64,000 nt of DNA from an uncultured Candidatus Micrarchaeota archaeon (GCA_963804385.1 CAWDQD010000036.1:13250-77249), one strand, 5' to 3'; shown: positions 52,423-61,046, counted from the stretch's first letter. Notes: generated by a model not told the origin, from the letters alone. Numbers and translations are program-made.

Positions 52423-53286
52423 TTGTCAAGCAATAGATTTTTAGGAATACAAAAGACTCACGTGCGGGAGAGAAGTTTTTTCAGGGAAGCTGCCCGAGTA
52501 GGGTTAGTCCTGCTTGCACTGGCTGGACCGGCAAATGGTACTGCGAAAGCCGAAGAAACAATGAAACCGGCAACTACTCCTACCTCGGAAGTCGGTCACT
52601 ACCCTGACTTTTCAGGCGCCGGCGTGCACGGCAATCCTGCCGTCTGGCCCGAATACGGCAACTGGGGATACACAGAACTTTCGGGCAACCCCAGCCAAGA
52701 GAATTCCTCGCTATTGGCCATGCTGAATTCCAAGATTGCGAAAGACCTCCAAGGGCTGCTGAAGTTCAATGCTACTGGAGATACGCATGCAACAACGGCA
52801 AATGCCCAGGGGGTTTTGGCGCTTTTGCTTCCATACACCCTCCGCGCCGGCATCGGCATAGGGACAGATTCCCATGACAAAACTACGGCCCAGGCTGGGA
52901 TAGCATCGGTGATCACAAGGGGGCGGCTCCTGCTCAGGACTGGAATCGATTATACAGTTACCACTGGCCAAATCCATGCTGCAAGCGAGGTCAGACGTTC
53001 TTTTGGCGGCGTGGAGTTGACAGGGTCAGGCAGCGCTTACGGCATCGCGAAGGACGACAGGATGGAGTACGCGGGCCAGAGTGTCGGCGTCGGATTGCGC
53101 TTCAGCAGGAATCTATTCTCTTTTGGCGCTGGCGGTACAAAAATTAGGGAATGGGACAAATTCCGTCTTCATTACCGTATTTGGGCAACCGAAGACACGA
53201 TCATGGATCTGGATCTTCGCGGAACAGGTGAAAGGATATTCAAGAATCCGGACTACATCGGGTTAGGGATTACACGGATGTTCTAG
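52423..53286 (+). CDS. Hypothetical secreted protein with outer-membrane beta-barrel-like features
   Basis: Signal-like RERSFFREAARVGLVLLALAGPANGTAKA; the start may be GTG 52462 rather than TTG 52423. The C-terminal roughly 170 aa shows alternating hydrophobic/polar strands and ends in ...DYIGLGITRMF with a terminal Phe. Confidence 0.4.
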   Translation: MSSNRFLGIQKTHVRERSFFREAARVGLVLLALAGPANGTAKAEETMKPATTPTSEVGHYPDFSGAGVHGNPAVWPEYGNWGYTELSGNPSQENSSLLAMLNSKIAKDLQGLLKFNATGDTHATTANAQGVLALLLPYTLRAGIGIGTDSHDKTTAQAGIASVITRGRLLLRTGIDYTVTTGQIHAASEVRRSFGGVELTGSGSAYGIAKDDRMEYAGQSVGVGLRFSRNLFSFGAGGTKIREWDKFRLHYRIWATEDTIMDLDLRGTGERIFKNPDYIGLGITRMF

Positions 53287-53319
53287 CTATTGTGGATACC
53301 GGATCTCTATTATCGCTTC

Positions 53320-54347
53320 TCATTCCCTCGCTCCGGCCGCCCTGAGCATGGCCGCGATCTCCATGTGGTCGTCATTGAAATGCGCGATCCATGTTAGCGC
53401 GGTCTCGCCACGGTAGTCCCGCATGTTCACGCGGGCCCCTTCGGCCAGGAGCAGCCTCACGAGTTCCTTTTTGCAATGCAATGCGGCCCATATCAGCGCT
53501 GTCCCCCTGTCTTTGTTCCTGTGGCGTTCACGTGCGCGCCATGCGATATCAGCAGCTTCGAGATTTCCGCGCTCCTGCAGGCCGCTGCGTACATCAGCGG
53601 TGTCCAGCCCACTTTGTCCTTCGCGTTTACATCCGCGCCGTGCGAGACGAGCAGCCTGGCGGCCTTGGGCCTCGCGTTAGCTGAGGCGATCATCAGCGCG
53701 GTCATGCCCTCCGAATCCCTCGCGTCCACGCGCGCTCCATGGGTGATGAGGAACTTTGCGAAGTCCGCCTTATCTAAACGTGTGGCCTCCATCAGCGGTG
53801 TCCGGCCGATGTCATCGGCTATGTTCACATCAGCCCCGTGCGCGACCAGCATCTCCAGCATATCCTCCGTCAGCAACTCGACATCCAGCAGTGCCACGCT
53901 ATCCACACGCGCGCCTTTCGCGATCAGCATCTCGGCAGCGTGCTTGTTGTGGCTAAAGATGGCGTTCAGGAGGGGCGTCTCCCAAGTTATTACCATCGAT
54001 TCTTTTCCCGCCACGCCCAGTTTCACGTTCACGTCCGCCCCATTGGCGAGGAGCGCCTCGATGCTCTTCTCGTCCCCACTTGTGGCGGCTTTCAACAGCT
54101 CCAGGTTATATTTGTCCTTCGAGCTCATCTCCGCAGGCGCCTTAACCGGCTTCGCTGCAAGTTTTGCGGCTGGAACAGGCTTCGGAGGGGCGGCCGGAGG
54201 CTCGCTTCTGCAACCCATCATCGGGGCTACGAGCAGATGCATGCCGAGTACAGCGGATGCGACCATCTTTTTCACTGAAGAAAAAGAATGCGGACTACGT
54301 TGCCCTGTCACTACCCTATCCCTAAATCGTGTGGTTTTGATTTCCAT
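53320..54347 (-). pseudogene. Lipoprotein-signal ankyrin-repeat protein interrupted by a frameshift
   Basis: The 284-aa ORF (53493-54347) has the lipobox LLVAPMMGC and about 6 ANK repeats (G.TPLM.A......A..L..HGA.VNA.D). It stops at TGGQR*. Another complete ANK repeat continues in a different frame down to the stop at 53320-53322: GTALIWAALHCKKELVRLLLAEGARVNMRDYRGETALTWIAHFNDDHMEIAAMLRAAGARE. The junction lies near the C5 run at 53503-53507. Confidence 0.7.
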
Positions 54348-54498
54348 GATCCCACCCTAAAAAACAGCTCTTACGATTTTGATTTGATGCTGTTTGTTTT
54401 TAAACATATTATTATGTGTTTACACATGCCGGGCTCGGGAAACCAGGCGCCAGACAGAACATTCAGAAACCAATAAAAACGATTTCGGGGAATAGCCC

Positions 54499-55155
54499 AT
54501 GAAAAACCTGCTGCCCGCATTGCTGATGATTGGGATACTGCTCGCCGGATGCACCGGGCAGCAGACCGCGAAGTACGGCGACAATGTCACCGTGGACTAC
54601 ACCCTCCGCGTAGGCGGGCAGGTGGTGGCCACGTCCATGGCGGACGTGGCTACGAGCGCAGGGATCTACGATTCCAACATGAGCTACAGACCGAAGTCGT
54701 TCCAGCTCCTGACCGGGCACGGCGTGATCCCCGGCTTCGTGAACAACATCGTCGGCATGAATGTCGGCGATTCGAAGAACTTCTCCATCCCGCCCGATGA
54801 GGGCTTCGGCCCTGTCAACCAGTCGTTGGTATTCAGCATCTCGCGCTATTACAACGTTTCCCGGTTCCAGGAAGTCCCGATGAGCTATTTCCTGAACAAC
54901 AACATCACCGTGAGCCTGGGCAAGAACTTGTCGACCCCGGCCGGCATCGTCTCCATCTACAATTTCACGAACGAGACGGTCACATTGGTGGATTCCATGG
55001 ACGTGGGCCAAGCCTTCGTCCAGGACGGCCTCCCGGAGGAGGTCGTGAACGTCACCAACGACACGATGACCATCCGCTTCGATGTCATGACGAACAGCAC
55101 GTATAACGTGACGGATCCCGTTTCCGGGAACGCGGAACTCGTGAGGGCCACCTAG
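54499..55155 (+). CDS. Secreted lipoprotein FKBP-type peptidyl-prolyl isomerase (SlyD-like with a long insert-in-flap), interrupted by an in-frame TAG
   Basis: Lipobox LLAGC, followed by the FKBP core GDNVTVDYTLRVGG...FQLLTGHGVIPGFVNNIVGMNVGDSKNFSIPPDEGFG. The ORF ends at TAG 55153-55155. The conserved last strand IVLDGNKPFAGKTLDVEVTL lies in the same frame at 55156-55242. Confidence 0.8.
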   Translation: MKNLLPALLMIGILLAGCTGQQTAKYGDNVTVDYTLRVGGQVVATSMADVATSAGIYDSNMSYRPKSFQLLTGHGVIPGFVNNIVGMNVGDSKNFSIPPDEGFGPVNQSLVFSISRYYNVSRFQEVPMSYFLNNNITVSLGKNLSTPAGIVSIYNFTNETVTLVDSMDVGQAFVQDGLPEEVVNVTNDTMTIRFDVMTNSTYNVTDPVSGNAELVRAT

Positions 55156-55294
55156 GCGGACGAGCAGACGATAGTCCTGGACGGGAACAAGCCTTTCGCC
55201 GGCAAGACGCTGGATGTCGAGGTTACGCTCAGGTCGCTAAACTGACTCCCCAATCTCGAAGTGATTAAAAAACAAGGTCTATCAAAGGGGAATC

Positions 55295-56494
55295 ATGCTA
55301 ATTGGTATAGTCGGCAAACCCTCCACAGGCAAGAGTACCTTCTTCATGGCAGCCACATCCGTGCCTGTCGAGAGGTCACCGCGCCCTTTCACAACTATCA
55401 AGCCGAACCGCGCGATCGGTTACGTCGAAGTGGAATGCGTTGACAAGGAATTCGGCAAGCAGTGCAACCCACGCACAGGGTTCTGCCAGAACGGGAGGCG
55501 ATTCGTCCCGGTCGAGCTTCTGGACGTCGCAGGACTGGTACCCGGAGCGCACGAAGGCAAGGGGTTAGGCAATAAATTCCTGGACGACCTGCGGCAGGCG
55601 GATGTGCTCGTACATATTGTCGATGCGAGCGGCTCTACCAACGAGGTCGGGGAGAGGGTGCCGGTAGGGTCCTACGACCCGTGCAACGACGTGAGGTTCC
55701 TCGAGCAGGAGCTGGACTACTGGATCAAGGGGATACTGGACGCCAACTGGAACAAGCTCCAGAGGGAAGCGCGCCTGGTCAAGAAGAAGAATGAGGACAT
55801 GTTCACAGAGCAGTTCAGCGGCCTGGGCATGAACAAGGACATAATATCGAAAGTGCTCAAGGAGCTGAAGCTCGAGGAGAAGAACCTGATGGAGTGGACT
55901 CCTGAGGAGCGGCTCTCATTGTGCAAGAAACTGCGCCAGATAGGGAAGCCGATAATAATCGCCGCGAACAAATGCGACCTCTCGACGGGATGGGACAATT
56001 TCCAGAAGATAAAGAAGGAATTCCCCGCCTATCTTGTCATAGCATGCTCTGCTGAGGCCGAGATTACGCTCAAAGGCGCAGCCAAGGCGGGCTTCATAGA
56101 TTATCTACCTGGCGACAAGACGTTCACGATCAAAGCCGCGCTCAACGAGCAGCAGAAATCCGCGATGGACATCATGAAGGCGGTCTGCGACAAATACGAG
56201 GGTACGGGAGTGCAAAAATGCCTGAACGCGGCTGTTTTCGATTTCCTCCACTACATAGCGATATTCCCGGGCGGTGTGAACAAGCTGGAAGACAGCAACG
56301 GTAATGTTCTCCCGGATTGTTTCCTCCTGCCGCCCAAGAGCACTGCTCTTGACTTCGCTTTCAAGCTCCATTCCGACATAGGCAGGGGCTTCATAGGCGC
56401 GATAGACGTCAAGACCAAGCAGAGGGTAGGGAAAGAGCATCTCCTCAAGAATCGCGACGTCATAGAGATAGTGTTCAAGAAGCCCTCAGGATGA
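55295..56494 (+). CDS. ychF: YchF/OLA1-family P-loop GTPase/ATPase with a C-terminal TGS domain
   Basis: G1 motif GIVGKPSTGKST, G3 motif LLDVAGLV and NKCD. The TGS-like C-terminus is GKEHLLKNRDVIEIVF. Confidence 0.8.
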   Translation: MLIGIVGKPSTGKSTFFMAATSVPVERSPRPFTTIKPNRAIGYVEVECVDKEFGKQCNPRTGFCQNGRRFVPVELLDVAGLVPGAHEGKGLGNKFLDDLRQADVLVHIVDASGSTNEVGERVPVGSYDPCNDVRFLEQELDYWIKGILDANWNKLQREARLVKKKNEDMFTEQFSGLGMNKDIISKVLKELKLEEKNLMEWTPEERLSLCKKLRQIGKPIIIAANKCDLSTGWDNFQKIKKEFPAYLVIACSAEAEITLKGAAKAGFIDYLPGDKTFTIKAALNEQQKSAMDIMKAVCDKYEGTGVQKCLNAAVFDFLHYIAIFPGGVNKLEDSNGNVLPDCFLLPPKSTALDFAFKLHSDIGRGFIGAIDVKTKQRVGKEHLLKNRDVIEIVFKKPSG

Positions 56495-56797
56495 ATTGAG
56501 CGCTGCTATTGTCCCGCTGGATTTCTTCGTCCGTATCCGGGCGGGCTTGCCATCGAGCGAATCTAGGAGCGCGAGAAAACCCAAGACTTCTTCTAAATGG
56601 CCCCTCTCGCATCTGAGGATACCCATATTCTTTGAAGTATCGAATTCCACGAGCTTGAGCGCCACATGCGAGAGGCCGTATTCACCGAAGAAACGCAACG
56701 CCTCGGAATAGAGCGCTTTTTTCAGCGATTCGGCATCCATGGCAGGCTGCACATTGAACGAGATGTATCTTTTACGAAGCGAACCTGCCCTCACCAT
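56486..56797 (-). CDS. rnp2: RNase P protein component 2 (Pop5/Rnp2)
   Basis: KRYISFNV...ALRFFGEYGLSHVALKLVEFDTSKNMGILRCERGHLEEVLGFLALL...SGTIAAL matches the Pop5 pattern. The product is 103 aa. Confidence 0.75.
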   Translation of the reverse strand: MVRAGSLRKRYISFNVQPAMDAESLKKALYSEALRFFGEYGLSHVALKLVEFDTSKNMGILRCERGHLEEVLGFLALLDSLDGKPARIRTKKSSGTIAALNSS

Positions 56798-56849
56798 GGA
56801 ATGGATTGGAGCGGGACGGTTTTAAAACAGTTCAGCGCAAGTCGTAATC

Positions 56850-57287
56850 ATGGAAAAGGTGCTCATTATCTCTGGCAGCAAGAGCGACGAGGAGATAGCG
56901 AAGCAGACGATAGCGGTGCTGGACGCGTTCGGCGTCCCGAACCGCTACGAGGTCGCATCGGCCCACCGCAACCCGGAGAAGGTCGAGAGGCTCGTCCGTG
57001 AATCCACAGCGAGCGTCTTCGTATGCATAGCGGGCCTGAGCGCAGCGCTTCCGGGCGTGGTCGCATCCAGGACAGCGAAGCCCGTGATTGGCGTGCCGGT
57101 GAATGCTGCGATGGACGGGATGGACGCCCTGCTCTCGATAGCGCAGATGCCGCCGAACGTCCCGGTGGCGTGCGTAGGCATCGGCATGGGCAAGAACGCG
57201 GGGGTCCTGGCGGTGCAGATGCTGGCTCTCAACGATCCGGCATTAGCGGCAAAACTAGTCGAATTCAAGGAGAAGCTGAAGCAATGA
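56850..57287 (+). CDS. purE: N5-carboxyaminoimidazole ribonucleotide mutase / AIR carboxylase (PurE)
   Basis: ISGSKSDEEIA, VASAHRNPEKV and AGLSAALPGVVASRTAKPVIGVP. Confidence 0.9.
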   Translation: MEKVLIISGSKSDEEIAKQTIAVLDAFGVPNRYEVASAHRNPEKVERLVRESTASVFVCIAGLSAALPGVVASRTAKPVIGVPVNAAMDGMDALLSIAQMPPNVPVACVGIGMGKNAGVLAVQMLALNDPALAAKLVEFKEKLKQ

Positions 57288-57874
57288 AAAGGATAGACGC
57301 TCCGGATTTCCATTTCCCACCCTTACTGCGCAAGCTCAAGCGCGGAGGCCCGGCTATCACGCTCCACAAGGACGCTGGGCTGGTGATAGGATACACGGGC
57401 ATCGGCAAGGACTCGCGCGTGATAGAGCTGGGGAGCGGCTCGGGCTTCATGACCGTGCAGCTCGCGAACATAGCCAAGGAGGTCGTGAGCTACGAGAAGA
57501 GGCAGGAGTTTTTTGATCTTGCTAAAAGCAATGTCGAGAGGGCCGGCCTCGATAATGTCACGTTCAAGTTCCGCGATGTCCTTGCGGGGATAGACGAGAA
57601 GGACGGGACCTGGGACCTCGTGTTCATAGACATATCCGATCCTGACAAGATGATTGAGGATATATTCGCAGCGCTGAAGAAAGGCGGCTATATGGCGAGC
57701 CATTGCCTCCAGTCGGAGCAGGCCAAAGCGCTCCATCTGGCTGCCGAGAAGAGATTCTCCGAAGTGTTCACCATGGAAGCTATGGTCCGCGAGTACGAGG
57801 CCAAGGAATTCGGCTTCAGGCCCAAGCATTTCGGCATGGTATATACGGCTTACATGGTCTTCGCGAGGAAATAG
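57284..57874 (+). CDS. trmI: tRNA (adenine-N1)-methyltransferase TrmI (Gcd14 family)
   Basis: ATGA overlap with purE. HKDAGLVIGYTGIGKDSRVIELGSGSGFMTVQLA, LVFIDISDP and a C-terminal YTAYMVFARK follow the TrmI consensus. Confidence 0.8.
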   Translation: MKRIDAPDFHFPPLLRKLKRGGPAITLHKDAGLVIGYTGIGKDSRVIELGSGSGFMTVQLANIAKEVVSYEKRQEFFDLAKSNVERAGLDNVTFKFRDVLAGIDEKDGTWDLVFIDISDPDKMIEDIFAALKKGGYMASHCLQSEQAKALHLAAEKRFSEVFTMEAMVREYEAKEFGFRPKHFGMVYTAYMVFARK

Positions 57875-57916
57875 GATTAATAATGTTTTTCTATCATTGG
57901 ACTTGGAAGTGATTGC

Positions 57917-58189
57917 ATGGCAGAAGTTGAAATAAAGAACGACAGCAAAAGCGTGCAGATACCAGATGGCTCCCTATTAGTTGAACTCGACGGCAAATGC
58001 TCGATCCTGTTCGCGTGCAAGTCAGGAAGCTGCGGTTCATGCAAGGTGAAGGTCACGGAAGGCATGGCAAACCTCGAGGCGCCTGATGATACCGAGAAAT
58101 CCGGGCTCGCGATATTCGGGACGGACCCTTCCGAGAGGCTCCCCTGCGTGTGCAGGATAAAGAAGGGGAAAGTCAAGGTCGAGTTCTGA
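57917..58189 (+). CDS. Plant-type [2Fe-2S] ferredoxin-like protein
   Basis: Cx4Cx2C (CKSGSCGSC) plus a distal Cys in LPCVCRI. The product is 90 aa. Confidence 0.7.
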   Translation: MAEVEIKNDSKSVQIPDGSLLVELDGKCSILFACKSGSCGSCKVKVTEGMANLEAPDDTEKSGLAIFGTDPSERLPCVCRIKKGKVKVEF

Positions 58190-58733
58190 ATTTTATCCTT
58201 TTCTGTATTTTCGCTTCCCTGTTTTTCGCATCAGGCCAGTTTTTGGGGAACCCGAATATCAACGGGCAGTACAGTTTTTGTTTCTCGCTGATGCCGAGCT
58301 CTTTTAGGATTTCGGATTTCTCATCCAGGGTCGTCATGAACCCGATGAAGCAGCTGCCCAATCCCATGTCATAGCCCTGGAGCATCATGTTCTGTGCAGC
58401 CAAAGCGCAGTCGATCGGAGCCCAATCGTCCTTGTCAGCCACCAACAGGATGAGGAGCTGGGCCCCGTAGAATATGACGTCCTCCATTACCTTCGCCCGC
58501 TCAATGAGCCGGGCTCCAATCCCCAGCACCCCGAGCCGATCCTTCACGGCAGAAGCTATCTTATCCATCTTCGCACGGTCTTCGATGACTATGAAACGGC
58601 ATGGCTGCTTGTCCATGGCCGATGGCGCCATCGCTCCTGCCTTGAGTAGTTTCTGTATCATTTCTTCGGGAATCGGCTTCTTCTCGTAAGCGCGCACTGA
58701 GCGCCTTCCGGCAATAGCTTTTTCAGTTTCCAT
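58173..58733 (-). CDS. Nitroreductase-family flavoprotein
   Basis: METEKAIAGRRSVRAYEKKPIPEEMIQKLLKAGAMAPSAMDKQPCRFIVIED. The start is trimmed to ATG 58733, because the track ORF continues to 58925 through the tRNA-Leu gene. Confidence 0.8.
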   Translation of the reverse strand: METEKAIAGRRSVRAYEKKPIPEEMIQKLLKAGAMAPSAMDKQPCRFIVIEDRAKMDKIASAVKDRLGVLGIGARLIERAKVMEDVIFYGAQLLILLVADKDDWAPIDCALAAQNMMLQGYDMGLGSCFIGFMTTLDEKSEILKELGISEKQKLYCPLIFGFPKNWPDAKNREAKIQKRIKFRTRP

Positions 58734-58800
58734 GATTTTGGTTCGGGATTGAATGATTATAAAAGTGTCGTGTCTATAAGAAAACTTGCTGAAATATTCC

Positions 58801-58924
58801 GCAGGAGTAGCGAAGCGGTCAAACGTGGCAGACTCAAGATCTGTTTGACAAGTTCCCTTTTCGATAGGGAATTGGGAAATCTGTTGGCTTAGTGCCTTCG
58901 AAGGTTCAAATCCTTCCTCCTGCA
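58801..58924 (+). tRNA. tRNA-Leu (anticodon CAA) with a 40-nt intron at the canonical 37/38 position
   Basis: Cloverleaf elements:
- acceptor GCAGGAG/CTCCTGC
- anticodon stem GCAGA/TCTGT with loop CTCAAG|A (CAA at 58835-58837)
- long variable arm TGGCTTAGTGCC...
- T arm GAAGG-TTCAAAT-CCTTC
- discriminator A

The intron at 58839-58878 contains the hairpin TTCCCT...AGGGAA. The mature length is 84 nt. CCA is not encoded. Confidence 0.85.
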
Positions 58925-59111
58925 TTCAGATCTGCTCTGAGGTCGCACTTTCGTGATGACCTCAGATCAGGTCTCAAATCCTGCCCTAGCGCCTTCAGAG
59001 CTGATCTAAGTTTAGGCAGGTCGGGTCCGACCGATGAATGGACTGGAGGGCAGAGAATAAAGAATGCTTTAAGCAAATGCCTACCATATATGTGCATATA
59101 TCGTGTGATGG

Positions 59112-60113
59112 GTGCATGCAATGGAAAACACAGCTATTGAAAATAAAGAAGTAAGCTGGAAAGTTCTTGATATCCCGATCTACGGGACTATTACTGCACC
59201 AACAGATAAAGAAATACATTCGGCAGTTATCTTTGTGGCAGGTAGCGGCCCAACTGATAGAAACTGGTGCTCGCCTCTTTTACCTGGAACAAACGGCAGT
59301 GCAAAGTTATTGGCCGAAGCACTTGCTAGTCAGGGTTTTCTTACTCTACGATATGATAAGCTCGGTTCTGGACCGCGCGTTAAAGAGAATTTATCCAAAT
59401 TTGCCGGTAAATTGAGTATGCAAATTTATGTAGACGAGCTGGCAGGAGCAGTTGAAACAATTCTTTCTGAAAAAAATGTTGACGAGAATAATCTTTTTGT
59501 GCTGGGCAACAGCGAAGGCACCATCCATGCAGTGAATTATCAACTACAAGCAAAGAGAAATCGCTTTAGGGGTCTGGCGCTAACTGGAGCGCCGGGAAGA
59601 TCAATTGGCGAGGTAGCGCGTAACCAAATCATCAATCAGATGAAGCCCTTGGGTAACCTAGAAACCATCATGAAGCATTATGACGACGCCATCGCGGATT
59701 TTCAAGCCAGCAAACCAGTGATTTCTGATCCCTCTCTTCCCGAAGGAATAAAACGATTGTTGCAAAGTTTAGAAAATCCGGTCAATCTGCCATTTGCTAG
59801 AGAATTATGGGCTTACAAACTTCCAGGGCATATTGCAAGAGTTAACGAACCCATACTGGTGGTAATCGGAAAAAAAGATCTGCAAATTGACTGGATAACA
59901 GATGGAAGCGCATTGGAAAAGGCAACTGCCAGGAAAACATCGGTTTCATTCGCTTATCCAAAAAACGCTAATCATGTACTAAAACATGAAGAGATTCCGA
60001 TGGAGCAGCTCACAGCCAACTATGTGGGTTTGCATTATAATGCACCGGATGCGAAACTTGATGAGGAAGCCGCGAAAATAATATCTAACTGGCTAAAGCA
60101 CCGCAATCACTAA
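59112..60113 (+). CDS. Alpha/beta-fold serine hydrolase
   Basis: Nucleophile elbow GNSEG, VIFVAGSGPTDRN, a late Asp (GKKDLQID) and a late His (NANHVLKHEE). The gene is distinctly AT-richer than the window average. Confidence 0.65.
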   Translation: MHAMENTAIENKEVSWKVLDIPIYGTITAPTDKEIHSAVIFVAGSGPTDRNWCSPLLPGTNGSAKLLAEALASQGFLTLRYDKLGSGPRVKENLSKFAGKLSMQIYVDELAGAVETILSEKNVDENNLFVLGNSEGTIHAVNYQLQAKRNRFRGLALTGAPGRSIGEVARNQIINQMKPLGNLETIMKHYDDAIADFQASKPVISDPSLPEGIKRLLQSLENPVNLPFARELWAYKLPGHIARVNEPILVVIGKKDLQIDWITDGSALEKATARKTSVSFAYPKNANHVLKHEEIPMEQLTANYVGLHYNAPDAKLDEEAAKIISNWLKHRNH

Positions 60114-60176
60114 ATTACAAAAGCTGGACCTCAGAGCTGCCTGGAGGGTCATTCCGGTGATCTCCGTTTTTATCAA

Positions 60177-60530
60177 ATGGAGTTCCATGCTCCAAAGGAT
60201 AATAAAGGCGTGAGTGAAAAAAGGGTTGTGGATAAAACCAAGGAGCCCACAACCAGGAAAAAATTCAGCAGGAAAGCGGTAATCGGATTGCTTCTGCTAG
60301 TTTGCTCATTCTGCTTAGGCGTACTGCTTCGCAACTCGGCCCAAATCACCGATGAGCAGCACCCCCGGGGCTTTAGCGGTGTTTGCGACACATACATAAC
60401 CTGGCTTTGCATACCTACGTATTACGTTTCCATTCCATTGACCGGATCGATAGACCTGGTGGTCAATATGACTTCATTCCTTGCAAGCACTATATTGTTT
60501 ATCTCAGGAGTAATCATGGTCAGAGAGTAG
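60177..60530 (+). CDS. Hypothetical small membrane protein
   Basis: 117 aa with 2-3 hydrophobic helices and no recognisable motif. Confidence 0.3.
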   Translation: MEFHAPKDNKGVSEKRVVDKTKEPTTRKKFSRKAVIGLLLLVCSFCLGVLLRNSAQITDEQHPRGFSGVCDTYITWLCIPTYYVSIPLTGSIDLVVNMTSFLASTILFISGVIMVRE

Positions 60531-60627
60531 AAGTGCGGACGCCCGCCATGCCATCACTCCTGCGGTGGGTATGGCATCCATCCGAATTTCCGAAATCTTA
60601 ATAAGATTTAGAGATTTTGGTTAACCC

Positions 60628-61017
60628 ATGAAGACCAAAACGATAATCCAGACGGTGAAAATCAAGGCGCCTGCTCATGATATATATGAGGCGTTCATGG
60701 ATTCCAAGAAACATGCGGCATTCACTGGAGCGGGAGCTAAAATCAGCCGCAAAATCGGCGGGAGCTTCAGCGTATTCGATGGATACTCAAGCGGCAAGAA
60801 CATCGAATTAATCGAGGACAAGAAGATCGTGCAGTCGTGGAGGGCGGAGGACTGGCCCGAAGACCAGATATCGAAAATCACGATAACGCTGAAAGAGGCG
60901 AAAGGCATCACGAGCCTCGGATTCAAACAGACCGGCGTCCCTGAATCTTTTTTCAACGACATATCGCAGGGCTGGAAAGAATATTACTGGGGGCCGCTCA
61001 AGAGGATGCTCGAATGA
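60628..61017 (+). CDS. SRPBCC/AHSA1-domain protein
   Basis: IQTVKIKAPAHDIYEAFMDSKKHAAFTG...GGSFSVFDGY..G....L...K.IVQSWR...WP matches the Aha1-like SRPBCC pattern. Confidence 0.65.
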   Translation: MKTKTIIQTVKIKAPAHDIYEAFMDSKKHAAFTGAGAKISRKIGGSFSVFDGYSSGKNIELIEDKKIVQSWRAEDWPEDQISKITITLKEAKGITSLGFKQTGVPESFFNDISQGWKEYYWGPLKRMLE

Positions 61018-61046
61018 TAATGATAAATAGACATTGAGGTGATGGC

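Noticed and set aside
55153-55155. Window-wide reassignment of TAG to a sense codon.
   Set aside because: TAG plausibly terminates at least six other well-delimited ORFs in the window, at positions where protein families normally end. Only site-specific explanations are retained for the FKBP gene.
58734-58925. The upstream 64 codons of the nitroreductase ORF (MQEEGFEPSK...).
   Set aside because: The region is the antisense strand of tRNA-Leu(CAA). EGFEPS is the translated T-arm.
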